Assembly: GCA_947632495.1 (NCBI GenBank)
Contig: CANRPL010000001.1
Location: forward strand, 997-64,996
DNA: 64,000 bases
From: an uncultured Bacilli bacterium
GTDB taxonomy: Bacteria; Bacillota_I; Bacilli_A; RF39; UBA660
Direction: 5' to 3'
The notes under the pieces are model-generated. The model was not told where the DNA came from and did not search any database. It worked only from the letters and a program-made list of their open reading frames with translations. Within the stretch, counting starts at the first letter, position 1, and each line of letters opens with the position of its first letter. Made by a program: the position numbers and the translations under genes. Shown here piece after piece: positions 1 through 9,386 of the stretch.

Positions 1-365
1 CTAATAATGTCAATCATAAGTTAATTAAGAAAGAAGATTTAAATGAAGAGACTTTAAAAAAATATGGTAGTATCGATAATATTTTAAATTATTTAAAGGA
101 ACATAAATTTTATGAGCCATTATGTTTTTCTCATGGTGATACAAGCTTACCTAATATTTTTGCTTTAAATAATCAATTTAGTGGTTTGATTGATGTCGGT
201 GAAAGTGGTATGGCAGATAAATGGTTTGATTTAGCTATCTGTGAGAAGTCTATTAAAAGAAATTATGGCGAAGACTACATTACACCTTTTTATCATGAAT
301 TAGGTATTACACCTGACCGCGATAAGATTGATTATTATCTTTTAATGATGGAATTATATTTATAA
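1..365 (+). CDS. Aminoglycoside O-phosphotransferase APH(3') family, 3' fragment; the gene continues upstream of the window
   Basis: The frame ending at TAA 363-365 translates to ...CFSHGDTSLPNIF...DVGESGMADKWFDLAICEKSIKRNYGEDY...DYYLLMMELYL. This matches the catalytic and C-terminal region of APH(3') enzymes (HGDxxxxN loop, DxGxxG(R)ADKW motif). Confidence 0.75.
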   Translation, partial: NNVNHKLIKKEDLNEETLKKYGSIDNILNYLKEHKFYEPLCFSHGDTSLPNIFALNNQFSGLIDVGESGMADKWFDLAICEKSIKRNYGEDYITPFYHELGITPDRDKIDYYLLMMELYL

Positions 366-419
366 AAAGTGTTTTTGGTACTTTGATAGCTTTATGTTAT
401 AATGATAGTGGAGGGATAT

Positions 420-2024
420 ATGAAAAAGAAGAAAATGTTTAAAAGTATTATTTTGCCTATTATATTGACACTTATTTTAGGAGCTATATTGTATTATGTC
501 TTTTTACCACCAATTAATATTCATAGTATAGGTTTTTGGTCATATGTTATCGTTCTATTAATTGTTTATGGTGTTTTATCAATGAGTACAATGTTTAATA
601 GTGTACTTGTCAATAAAAAGTTTACTGTACCTAAAAATGTCATCGGCGCTTTTGGTGGGGTTATCGGTTTAATTTTAATAATGGTTATTTATAATGTTTG
701 TGTATCACCGTTATTTAATTCTAAAAGTTATTCTAAACGTATTGTCATCAATGAAAATACAAAGTTTGAAGATGATATCAAAGAAGTTGATTTTAATAAG
801 ATTCCTTTACTAGATAAAGAATCTAGTCAAAAATTAGGAGACCGTGTTATGGGTGAAATGCCTGAATTAGTCTCACAATTTGATGTCTCTGATCTTTATA
901 CTCAAATAAATTATAATGATGAAATTACAAGAGTAACACCGCTTGAATATTCTGGTATAGTTAAGTATTTTTCTAATCGTAAGAATGGTGTTAAGGGATA
1001 TATTACTGTTAACTCTGTAACTGGTAAAGCTGAATTAGTTAAACTTGAAAAAGGTATGAAATATATGCCTAGTGCCATGTTTAATGAAAATTTACAACGT
1101 AAACTACGCTTTAGTTATCCAACAGAAATATTTGGTGAAGCTTCATTTGAAATAGATAATGATGGTAATCCATATTGGATTGTTCCAACGTTAGGTTATT
1201 CTGGTATTGGTATGAAAGAGCGTGTTACGGGGATTGTTGCTTTAGATCCAATTACTGGTCATAGTAAAAAATATGATTTAGATGAGGTTCCTAGTTGGAT
1301 TGATCATGTTTATAGTGCTTATTTAATCATTGAGCAAGTTGATGACTGGGGTAAATATCGTGGTGGTTTCTGGAACTCTATCTTTGGTCAGAAAAATGTT
1401 GTAGCGACTACTGAAGGATATAATTACCTAGTTATGGATGATGATGTTTATCTATATACGGGTATTACATCAACATTAGCTGATGAATCTAATATAGGTT
1501 TTATTTTAACTAATATGCGTACGAAAGAAACACATTACTATGCAGTTCCAGGAGCTGAAGAATATTCAGCGATGGGAAGTGCTGAAGGACAGGTTCAACA
1601 GATGTCTTATATTTCTACTTTCCCATTACTTATTAACTTAAAAGGTAAACCAACATATCTTGTCTCCTTAAAAGATAATGCTGGTTTAGTTAAGATGTAT
1701 GCTTTTATCGATGTTCAAGATTATCAAAATGTCGTTGTAACCGATTATAAAGAAGGTATTGAAAAAGCAGCAGAAAATTATCTAAAGAATTATAAAGGGG
1801 AAATTGATTCAAGTCATGATGAAGAGAAAAAGGTTACAATCAGTAATTTAAAGGAAGTTACGATTGATGGTAATACTTATTACTATTTTGAAAGTGATGA
1901 TAATAAATATCGTGTTTCTATTAAGATAAATCCTGATTTATTACCATTCATTAAAAATGGTGATGAAGTAACTATTTCTTATCGAAGTGGTTCTATTAAT
2001 GAGATAAGTAAAATTGAAAGATAG
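420..2024 (+). CDS. Polytopic membrane protein with a large extracytoplasmic domain, uncharacterised
   Basis: ORF 402..2024. GGAGGG at 411-416 precedes ATG 420, and an extended -10 TGtTATAAT sits at 393-401, so 402 is unlikely to be the start. About four N-terminal hydrophobic helices are followed by a ~430-aa soluble domain with no recognised motif. Confidence 0.55.
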   Translation: MKKKKMFKSIILPIILTLILGAILYYVFLPPINIHSIGFWSYVIVLLIVYGVLSMSTMFNSVLVNKKFTVPKNVIGAFGGVIGLILIMVIYNVCVSPLFNSKSYSKRIVINENTKFEDDIKEVDFNKIPLLDKESSQKLGDRVMGEMPELVSQFDVSDLYTQINYNDEITRVTPLEYSGIVKYFSNRKNGVKGYITVNSVTGKAELVKLEKGMKYMPSAMFNENLQRKLRFSYPTEIFGEASFEIDNDGNPYWIVPTLGYSGIGMKERVTGIVALDPITGHSKKYDLDEVPSWIDHVYSAYLIIEQVDDWGKYRGGFWNSIFGQKNVVATTEGYNYLVMDDDVYLYTGITSTLADESNIGFILTNMRTKETHYYAVPGAEEYSAMGSAEGQVQQMSYISTFPLLINLKGKPTYLVSLKDNAGLVKMYAFIDVQDYQNVVVTDYKEGIEKAAENYLKNYKGEIDSSHDEEKKVTISNLKEVTIDGNTYYYFESDDNKYRVSIKINPDLLPFIKNGDEVTISYRSGSINEISKIER

Positions 2025-2090
2025 TTTAAAACTATCTTTTCTTTTGCTTTAAAAAGTATTATAATAGGGAACAATCTTTGAGGTGATAAT

Positions 2091-3632
2091 GTGTTAAAAT
2101 ATCGAAATGTTTTTATCGGTGGTAAGAATGCTCTTTTCTTAATTAAAAAGGAACAGAAAGATATCGCTGATCTTGTCAATGATGATGGTGATAGGTTAGT
2201 CTTAATTGAGGAAGTAGGAAGCCGTTATAATTTACCGGATAATTCATATAAACAAGGTTATGTATTATGTGGTAGTGCGAATGAATTTATTGTCGCAATT
2301 GGGTTAATTCTTATCGATTTATCTAATGATGGTAAATGTTTAGATTTAACATTAGAGTTTACTGAACAAACTTTTTCTAATATGCCTAGAAAAGAATATC
2401 AAAAGGTTTTGGCGCATAATCTAGATGATCTTGTTAAGTATTTAGGACAGGCCTTTTTTAGCGCCAAAGAAATTCATCTTCATATTTTAAATGATATTCC
2501 TTTTCGTAAGAATGCTGTTGAAACTAATCCAACGATGGCAGTATTGGATGCTAAAAGAAATTATGTCGTTATGAATCCATATCATGCCTATATGCCGACT
2601 TTAGTTAGTGAGATGGATGCCTTTGATACTTTTTATCAAGATGATCATAAAGTATTTAAGAGAATAACGGATGAAGTTTTTAATTGTGCTAATTTAATTG
2701 ATGATAAAACATTAGAAGAATATAAAGATGGTACACTTCCTAATCAAGAGGTATTTAATACGCTTAATGGTATTATATTTGATCAAGAATATGGTGAAAA
2801 ACCAGTTAATATTGTTTTTGGTAATGATGGTGAAATGGTCTATAATCATTACCACCGTTTGGTAGACTCAAGAGTTGATGATGGCTCTTATGAGACAATT
2901 AATACGCATATTTGTTATAGCGCTTTAAATGATGATGCTAAAATTGAAATAACAATTAATGGTCATGGTGATATAGCTATACTAGATACTTCTAGTACCG
3001 TTATTGTAAAAAAGGGTAATACATTACAACTTGAGACAGATTATTTTCCTGATGGCGAAGATGCCCTTATCAATTATGAATTAAATTTAAAGACAGGTGA
3101 TGCTTTCTATCGTGGTCGAATAGGTTATCCTTTTAGTAATTTTGCCACGGAAATATGCTATCAAGTTGGTTCTGATGGTAAGATTAAGAGCGTCAATGTT
3201 GATTTTAATAATTATAAAGCTTATGGAACACGTCAAGAACGGGTTAAGGGTAGTTATATGTTAAGAATAAAACCAGATAGTGTAAAATTATTCTATGCAC
3301 ATCGCCGTGGTACTAAAGATGACCTTGATGCTACCGATCTAATATCATTATTATCTGCTACAGGTGAAGTTACGGATACTATGATTGATGGTATTATTGA
3401 AAAAGCGATTGCGATTATCAATTCGGAAGAAGAAAGACGTGATGAAATAGCCGCCGATACGCTTTTAAGTTATCCAAATGAGATCAAACTTGATAATATG
3501 ATACGTATTGTCAGTAAAATTAATGAGATGTTAGCTAGCTTAAAAGATAATTTACCGGCTTCTCGTTTGCATCAATTATTAGATACTATGACTTTAGATT
3601 TGCGTAAAGAAAGAGCGAAAACGTATTTATAA
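2091..3632 (+). CDS. Uncharacterised protein, paralog A of a tandem three-gene family
   Basis: GTG start with GAGGTGA RBS 6 nt upstream; the only in-frame ATG nearby runs into a stop. It shares an N-terminal QGYVL...LEFTE block and a C-terminal GSYMLRI...HRRG block with ORFs 3848..5284 and 5295..6785. No signal peptide or TM helix. Confidence 0.6.
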   Translation: MLKYRNVFIGGKNALFLIKKEQKDIADLVNDDGDRLVLIEEVGSRYNLPDNSYKQGYVLCGSANEFIVAIGLILIDLSNDGKCLDLTLEFTEQTFSNMPRKEYQKVLAHNLDDLVKYLGQAFFSAKEIHLHILNDIPFRKNAVETNPTMAVLDAKRNYVVMNPYHAYMPTLVSEMDAFDTFYQDDHKVFKRITDEVFNCANLIDDKTLEEYKDGTLPNQEVFNTLNGIIFDQEYGEKPVNIVFGNDGEMVYNHYHRLVDSRVDDGSYETINTHICYSALNDDAKIEITINGHGDIAILDTSSTVIVKKGNTLQLETDYFPDGEDALINYELNLKTGDAFYRGRIGYPFSNFATEICYQVGSDGKIKSVNVDFNNYKAYGTRQERVKGSYMLRIKPDSVKLFYAHRRGTKDDLDATDLISLLSATGEVTDTMIDGIIEKAIAIINSEEERRDEIAADTLLSYPNEIKLDNMIRIVSKINEMLASLKDNLPASRLHQLLDTMTLDLRKERAKTYL

Positions 3633-3646
3633 TACGTTTTCTTTTG
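3618..3646 (+). terminator. Rho-independent terminator after paralog A
   Basis: Perfect 10-bp stem AAAACGTATT / AATACGTTTT with the stop codon in the loop, followed by a T-rich tract. Confidence 0.55.
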
Positions 3647-3677
3647 TGGATAGATATGTTATAATAATATGTGTAAT

Positions 3678-3752
3678 TGCCCAATAGCCAAGCGGTAAGG
3701 CAGTGGACTCTGACTCCATGATGCGCTAGTTCGAATCTAGCTTGGGCAGCCA
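3678..3752 (+). tRNA. tRNA-Gln (anticodon CUG)
   Basis: 75-nt cloverleaf read by hand. Acceptor stem TGCCCAA/TTGGGCA carries the U1:A72 pair typical of bacterial tRNA-Gln. D-arm GCCAAGCGGTAAGGC, anticodon stem GTGGA/TCCAT, loop CTCTGAC (U33, CUG, A37), T-arm GCTAG-TTCGAAT-CTAGC, encoded CCA. Confidence 0.85.
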
Positions 3753-3788
3753 TTTGTTAATGAATACTAGGTAACTAGTATTTTATTT

Positions 3789-3817
3789 TGCAATTATTGT
3801 CTAAAAGTGTTATCATA
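3789..3817 (+). promoter_or_regulatory. Putative sigma-70 promoter for paralogs B and C
   Basis: TTGCAA, a 17-nt spacer, then TATCAT, about 30 nt upstream of ATG 3848. Confidence 0.4.
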
Positions 3818-3847
3818 TTGGAAATTATTTTTAAGGGGGAAATTTAT

Positions 3848-5284
3848 ATGATTAAATTTAAGGACACTAGAATTAATGAAATCGAGTTAGTCAAATATGG
3901 AGCTTGGTGTGAAAGCTATTTTAAACATCTAGAAAGAAAACCCATTTTATTATCATCAGTTAAAAATGCTGCAGAATATTATAGTGAAGAGTCAGAAGAA
4001 CAAGGATATGTTTTACGCTTAAATAATGAGATTGTTGGTTTAATTCATATCGGTTTATCTTGTGATGAAAAAGATTTAGAAGTTGAATTAGAATATACTA
4101 AATTTAATTTTGATGAAAAAAGAATTTGGACTGAAAGAATTGTCAATGGTTTAGAAAGATTAAATACAGATAAAAGAAGTGTTTCCGTATGTGTACATGA
4201 TGTTAAGTTAACTTTTAGTCCTGTCGTTACTCGCTTTTTCACCTTTGCTAAAACAAGTAATTATACTAAAGAAAATATTTATCATCGTATTGTTAAACGT
4301 GTTGTTGGTGAAATGAAGTCATATGAAGAAGCATTTATGAAAGCCAAAAAATATTGGACACAAACGATGACATTAAAGCCACAGTATAAAAATGATGGTG
4401 ATTTAGAGGATGCTATTACGGATAATTTAATGAGTCCTGAACAATTATTCAATTATGTTGATAAAATAGCTTGGCTAAATATTAATGGTAGTAAAAAGTA
4501 TGTTGAGCATATTGGCTTTGGTTGTGATGGTGAAGTATGTTATAAGCGCGAATTATGTGGTCATAAAGCTTATAAGAATTATACAACTTTCCAAGTAAAA
4601 TATTCGGTAGCGAATCCTACTTATGGTTTAAAAGCTGTAAAAGTCAGTGGAAATAAACGCCTTAAGTTTATATCTAATAGTGGAGCATTAGTTAATGATA
4701 CTTATGTTAATGAAAATCTTCATATTCAAACAAGATTTAAACCAGGTAAAGATACTAAAAGATCTTTTGATACTTGTCGTAATGGGATTGATACTAAAAC
4801 TTCTATCAATTTAGGCTTTAATGAAAGTGGTGGCTTTGATCATTTCCATATGGATTTAGATACTTATCGTCATCACCGTCATCATGGTAGAAGTCGTGTC
4901 AATGGTACTTATATGTTAAGAATCCGTCGTTATGTTAAAGGTACTATTAAAGTTGAATTTTATTTTGTTCATCGTGATGGAAGACATAATAATATGCTAG
5001 AATTAATTGATTCGTCTTATTATCCTACAACTAATGATGAAAATACATTGATGGTAATCCAAGAATTAGTTAAACAAATTATTAGTTTAGTAAATAGTAA
5101 AGAACATGATAGAGGATATATCTTTTTAGAACCAATGTCAATTGATGAAATGTTATCATTAGCTAGTGAAGTTGATAATATTACTAAAGATATTCAAGAT
5201 CAGATTGATGGACAGTTAATTAAAGACTACATTGCTGATAATAACATCGATGCTTCTAATGTTAAACAAAAGATATATAAATAG
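3848..5284 (+). CDS. Uncharacterised protein, paralog B of the tandem family
   Basis: ORF 3788..5284. ATG 3848 (MIKFKD...) is preferred because GGGGGA lies upstream and the promoter sits at 3789-3817. It shares the EEQGYVLRLN / LEVELEYTKF and NGTYMLRIRR...FVHRDGRHNN blocks with the other two paralogs. Confidence 0.6.
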   Translation: MIKFKDTRINEIELVKYGAWCESYFKHLERKPILLSSVKNAAEYYSEESEEQGYVLRLNNEIVGLIHIGLSCDEKDLEVELEYTKFNFDEKRIWTERIVNGLERLNTDKRSVSVCVHDVKLTFSPVVTRFFTFAKTSNYTKENIYHRIVKRVVGEMKSYEEAFMKAKKYWTQTMTLKPQYKNDGDLEDAITDNLMSPEQLFNYVDKIAWLNINGSKKYVEHIGFGCDGEVCYKRELCGHKAYKNYTTFQVKYSVANPTYGLKAVKVSGNKRLKFISNSGALVNDTYVNENLHIQTRFKPGKDTKRSFDTCRNGIDTKTSINLGFNESGGFDHFHMDLDTYRHHRHHGRSRVNGTYMLRIRRYVKGTIKVEFYFVHRDGRHNNMLELIDSSYYPTTNDENTLMVIQELVKQIISLVNSKEHDRGYIFLEPMSIDEMLSLASEVDNITKDIQDQIDGQLIKDYIADNNIDASNVKQKIYK

Positions 5285-5294
5285 GAGGAATTAG

Positions 5295-6785
5295 ATGTTA
5301 AATTTTAGAAATTTTACATTAAGAGGTAGAGACCTTTTATCTTTTGTAAAGTATAATAATCGTGTCGATTTAAATGGTTTAAATAGTGTTGATGAATTAC
5401 CTTTAAAATTAAAGAAGGCAGTTGCTTCATGTCGCTATTTTCCTGACGATAGTGACTTTCAAGGATATCTAATTTATCGTGGAGAACCATATGTTGGTTA
5501 TCCGATTGGTCTTATGGTACTTGATGCTAAAAATCGTAGCTATCTACAAGTTAATTTAGAGTTTACGGAAAGTATTTTAGCAGATAGTAAACCGGCTGTA
5601 GTAGCGAAGATAACAGAGATAACAGAGGATATTATTAATGCTTTAAAATTATCATTTTATGAAAAAAGAAGTATTAAAGTTAAAGTCTTTAATGATTTAC
5701 TAATCAATTATGATTATGACAATGCCTTTTATCAACCTAGTGATTTAACTTTAACGGAAGCTAACGAGCGCCATAACTATCTTCCTAAATTAATAGATGA
5801 AATGCGAGCTTATGAAGATTTATTTATGTCTTTAAATCTTGGTTGGGAAGAAACATATCTTGACTTTTCTGATACGGTCGATTATGTAACCCAAATGGAA
5901 CGCTTAAGTCATCGTCTTCCTATGGAACAAATTTTTAATTATGCTGAAGGGGTAGAATGGAAGAATATTCAAAGAAAGAATAAAACCGCTAAAGTCGTTT
6001 TTAATCGTGATGGTAAAGTTTTATATACCAGCATCGATAAAGGCTATAAAGATGGTCTTAATAATGGTCGATTATATACTAGTACAAGTGTTGAATATAA
6101 TATTGGAACACCTAACACTTTCTCTTTGTTAGCTAATTTTTATCGTGATGGTTATCATGGTGCTTATGTTGTTAATAACATGGCTAATACGAGAAGAATT
6201 CACACCAATCTTATTTTTGATAGTATTGGTCAAGGTATTGATTGTTATACCAAAATGGAGTTAGATAAGAAAACTGGTCTTCGTACTTATAATGTTATTA
6301 TTGATTCATCATATGAACTAACAGCAATTTGCCTACAATTAGCGATTAAGGCTAACGGTGAACTTGATCATTGTTATGTGGATTTTGATAGTATTAAAGC
6401 TTCTACTGGTAAGATAAATGGTAGTTATTTATTAAGAATTTATCCATCAGCTATGACTTTAAGTTTTGTTCATCGTAAGGGTGATAAAAATAATTATCAA
6501 TTAGGAGATGATATCGATAAGCTAATTGCTTCCCAAGGTCATATTGATGTCGCCCTTTTAACATCATTAATTGGTAGTGCTTTAGAAAAAATAAATGTTT
6601 TAGCTAGTCGAAGAGGATATAACTATCAAATACCTTTTAGTATTGAAGATATTTTAGAAACCGAAAAAATGATTACTAATCAATTAAAAACATTTGGTAG
6701 CATTGTCGGTAATACCAATTTAAAAGAACGCATTAATAATGCTACAGAAGATACTAAATTAGGTAAAGTAAAAACGTATGAATAA
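5295..6785 (+). CDS. Uncharacterised protein, paralog C of the tandem family
   Basis: AGGAGG at 5283-5288 precedes ATG 5295, which lies 10 nt after the paralog B stop, so B and C are co-transcribed. Shares FQGYLIYRG / LEFTESIL and NGSYLLRIYP...FVHRKGDKNN blocks with A and B. Confidence 0.65.
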   Translation: MLNFRNFTLRGRDLLSFVKYNNRVDLNGLNSVDELPLKLKKAVASCRYFPDDSDFQGYLIYRGEPYVGYPIGLMVLDAKNRSYLQVNLEFTESILADSKPAVVAKITEITEDIINALKLSFYEKRSIKVKVFNDLLINYDYDNAFYQPSDLTLTEANERHNYLPKLIDEMRAYEDLFMSLNLGWEETYLDFSDTVDYVTQMERLSHRLPMEQIFNYAEGVEWKNIQRKNKTAKVVFNRDGKVLYTSIDKGYKDGLNNGRLYTSTSVEYNIGTPNTFSLLANFYRDGYHGAYVVNNMANTRRIHTNLIFDSIGQGIDCYTKMELDKKTGLRTYNVIIDSSYELTAICLQLAIKANGELDHCYVDFDSIKASTGKINGSYLLRIYPSAMTLSFVHRKGDKNNYQLGDDIDKLIASQGHIDVALLTSLIGSALEKINVLASRRGYNYQIPFSIEDILETEKMITNQLKTFGSIVGNTNLKERINNATEDTKLGKVKTYE

Positions 6786-6800
6786 TACGTTTTTTTTGTT
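6771..6800 (+). terminator. Rho-independent terminator after paralog C
   Basis: Stem AAAACGTAT / ATACGTTTT followed by a T-run. The stem sequence is nearly identical to the terminator after paralog A; both encode a C-terminal ...KTY. Confidence 0.55.
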
Positions 6801-6820
6801 ATAATAAGGATGGTGATAAT

Positions 6821-7717
6821 ATGCGATATATAGTTATGGAAATTGGTTCAACCAATACGAAAGCCTCTTTATATGAAGATGGTATAATAACCGATTTAAG
6901 TTATGAGACGATTGAGTTTAAAAACAATTATAAAAAAGAAAATAAAATTAGTGATAATGATAAAGAATTACTATATAACTATATTGATAAATTAAAGGAA
7001 AAAGAGCAACGTATATATGTCTATGGTACAAGTATTTTTCGCACTTTAGATGATAAGGAAAAATCATCTTGGTTAAAGGAATTTCAAGATAAGACGGGTT
7101 TAAATTTTAATATTGTTTCTTCTGATGAAGAAAATGAATATACTGTCTATGGGGCTATTAGTAATATTGACTATGATAAACCAATCGCGGTTATGATTGG
7201 TGGTGGCGGTTCAACGGAATTAGCAATCGTTAAAGATAAAAAGATTATGGAAAAAATTAATTATCCTTTTGGAGCAATGGATGTATCTGATCAATATCCC
7301 GACTTAAGAACTGATAAGGCGGCAACGCCTATGGCTAAAATGTTAGCTGAAACTAAAGATAAAATGGAAATACCTAAATCTAAAGCTGATATCTTAATAT
7401 TAGCTGGTGGTGATTATATAATGTTTTATGAAACATTAAATTATCCCGTTTTCAAGAATGAGTTATATGACGATGACAAACAACCATATATGCTAGATAC
7501 CAAGACAATGCGTGCGTTAGATGATAATTTTATGTATGAATTATCACTTGAAAAGATTATTGAAGAAAATGGTAGTGATGGTTGGTGGCGTGGTGCTCGT
7601 GGTATGCGTATTTGTGTACAAGCTTTATGTGATTTATTAGATACTAAATATATTATTCCCACACGAATAAATATGTTATATGGTATTATTGAAAAAATAA
7701 ATAGTGAAGAAAACTAG
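6821..7717 (+). CDS. Ppx/GppA-family phosphatase (ASKHA fold), short form
   Basis: N-terminal MEIGSTNTKASL phosphate-1 loop, YGTSIFR, SSDEENEYTVYGAISN, and the MIGGGGSTELAIV adenosine/phosphate-2 motif, as in Ppx/GppA N-terminal domains. An extended -10 TGtTATAAT sits at 6797-6805. Confidence 0.55.
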   Translation: MRYIVMEIGSTNTKASLYEDGIITDLSYETIEFKNNYKKENKISDNDKELLYNYIDKLKEKEQRIYVYGTSIFRTLDDKEKSSWLKEFQDKTGLNFNIVSSDEENEYTVYGAISNIDYDKPIAVMIGGGGSTELAIVKDKKIMEKINYPFGAMDVSDQYPDLRTDKAATPMAKMLAETKDKMEIPKSKADILILAGGDYIMFYETLNYPVFKNELYDDDKQPYMLDTKTMRALDDNFMYELSLEKIIEENGSDGWWRGARGMRICVQALCDLLDTKYIIPTRINMLYGIIEKINSEEN

Positions 7718-7736
7718 TCTAAAACTAGTTTTTTTA
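7710..7736 (+). terminator. Rho-independent terminator
   Basis: Hairpin AAACTAGT-ctaa-ACTAGTTT followed by a T-run; it overlaps the TAG stop of the Ppx/GppA gene. Confidence 0.5.
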
Positions 7737-7808
7737 TTCACAAAAAAATTTAAAAAATTACACAAAAATTTCACAAAATTATATTAAGATTAACACGGTG
7801 ATGCAAAT

Positions 7809-9386
7809 ATGTATATTATAAAAAATGCCTTTATTAGTATCTCCCGTAATAAAGGTCGTAATATTTTAATTGGAATAATTATTATGGTTATTGCTGCTTC
7901 GTGCGCTATTACGTTAGCGATTAGAAGTTCCGCTGATAAGATTGTTACATCATATGAAAAGAAATATCCGATTGAAGTAACAATCGGTATGAATAGAGCT
8001 AATTTGACGCAGTCTTTTAAAGACAATAATAGTAGTCAGGAAGACATGATAGAAGCATTCAATGAACTTGAGCCTTTAACTATTGAAGAAATTGAAAAGT
8101 ATGGCGATAGTTCCTATATTGCTAAATATCATTATACTTATAGCGTCAGTCTAAATGGTAAAGATATTAAGGAAGCTACTGACAGCCTAGTTAAAGAGAC
8201 AACAACGACGAAGACAGAGACAGAGACAAAGACAGAAACTTATGAAACACCAGCTCCTTCAAGAGACGGTAACATGCCACCTTTTGATAGAGAAAATAGT
8301 GGAAGCACTTCGACAAAGAAGAGTACAACTCAAAGAAAAACGACGACGACACAGGTTGAAAACATTCGTAACGAAAGAGCAGCTAAAGGTGTCTTTACGG
8401 TTATTGGATATAATTCTTATGAAGCTATGAGCGACTTCATCAATGGTAATTATACGATTACGGATGGTGAAGTTAGTGATGATTTTGACGCTAATAATTG
8501 TGTTATTAGTGAGGAATTAGCAACTTTAAATGAATTAAAAGTAGGGGATATTATAACTTTAGTTAGCCCTGATGATGAAAAGATTACTTATGATTTAAAT
8601 ATTACTGGTATCTATCAAGAAAATACCGATTCAGCTAGTGATATGCGTAATATGTTTTCTAATTCCGCTAATACCATTATTACCAATGTAACGACAGTTA
8701 AAGATATCGTTAGTAAAGACGAAGATGCTAATCCTACAGTTACACCGACTTATATACTTAAAAATAAAGATGATGTTGGGGCTTTTGAAGTTGAAGTAAC
8801 ATCTAAAGGATTAAGTAACTATTATATGCTTAATAATAATTTAGAGGTTGTGGAAAACGCTACTAAATCCGTTTTAAGTGTTAAAAACTTTGCTACAACT
8901 TTCCTAATTATCACTTTAATTATCGGAGCGGTTGTTCTTCTTGTAATCAACATGATAAACATTCGTGAACGAAAATATGAAATAGGGGTTTTACGTACTA
9001 TCGGTATGAAAAAGTCTCTAGTTGGTACACAGTTTACATTGGAATTATTAATTGTTTGTTTAACCTTTTTAGTACTAGGTGCCTTTATAGGAGGATTTAC
9101 CAGTGTTCAAGTATCTAACAAGCTTCTTAATAATGAGATTAGTAATGCTAAAGAAGATATCGAAAATATTAGTAATAATTTTGGTGGCAAGATGCGTGAC
9201 TTTAATCGAAATGAAATTGGTGTTCAAGAATTAGAGACTATTGATAGTATTGATGCGGCTGTCGATATGAAAGTTTTAGCGCAATTATTAGGTATTGGTA
9301 TTGGCCTTACTTTAGTTGGTAGTGCGGCTTCAATGATAGCTATTTCACGTTTCTCTCCACTTGATATATTAAAGGAGCGTAGTTAA
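7809..9386 (+). CDS. ABC transporter permease, FtsX/MacB-like family
   Basis: N-terminal TM helix (RNKGRNILIGIIIMVIAAS), a large extracytoplasmic domain with a low-complexity TTTTKTETETKTETYET tract, and a C-terminal FtsX domain with three TM helices (IRERKYEIGVLRTIGMKK...). Confidence 0.8.
   Translation: MYIIKNAFISISRNKGRNILIGIIIMVIAASCAITLAIRSSADKIVTSYEKKYPIEVTIGMNRANLTQSFKDNNSSQEDMIEAFNELEPLTIEEIEKYGDSSYIAKYHYTYSVSLNGKDIKEATDSLVKETTTTKTETETKTETYETPAPSRDGNMPPFDRENSGSTSTKKSTTQRKTTTTQVENIRNERAAKGVFTVIGYNSYEAMSDFINGNYTITDGEVSDDFDANNCVISEELATLNELKVGDIITLVSPDDEKITYDLNITGIYQENTDSASDMRNMFSNSANTIITNVTTVKDIVSKDEDANPTVTPTYILKNKDDVGAFEVEVTSKGLSNYYMLNNNLEVVENATKSVLSVKNFATTFLIITLIIGAVVLLVINMINIRERKYEIGVLRTIGMKKSLVGTQFTLELLIVCLTFLVLGAFIGGFTSVQVSNKLLNNEISNAKEDIENISNNFGGKMRDFNRNEIGVQELETIDSIDAAVDMKVLAQLLGIGIGLTLVGSAASMIAISRFSPLDILKERS

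Noticed and set aside
402-419. Extended N-termini proposed by the ORF track: 402, 3788, 14037, 18945, 30410, 32005, 37026, 38162, 40319, 41290, 45498, 46773, 57560, 60520, 62404
   Set aside because: In each case a downstream ATG or GTG has a better-placed Shine-Dalgarno sequence. The upstream extension either overlaps a promoter or terminator, starts at a TTG with no RBS, or overlaps the preceding gene.
1979-2179. Short antisense or overlapping ORFs from the six-frame track: 1979-2179(-), 4045-4242(-), 7441-7662(-), 7790-8026(-), 8242-8430(+), 9793-9981(-), 10057-10248(-), 11805-12017(+), 14584-14832(+), 15282-15479(-), 16517-16702(-), 20324-20563(-), 29388-29600(-), 29910-30098(-), 30583-30825(-), 32436-32660(-), 38980-39180(-), 39885-40184(-), 47659-47841(-), 47828-48019(-), 54871-55083(-), 61055-61324(-), 61182-61397(-)
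   Set aside because: Each is embedded in, or antisense to, a longer ORF with clear homology or coding character. They have low-complexity translations, no RBS and no conservation signal. They are typical chance ORFs in AT-rich DNA.
8190-8360. Low-complexity DNA tracts: gacagagaca repeats encoding TTTTKTETETKTETYET in the ABC permease, the P/T/N/S tail of the LCP protein at 10080-10260, and the S/T linker at 15990-16080
   Set aside because: These are in-frame compositional bias encoding flexible linkers, not independent repeat elements or mobile DNA.
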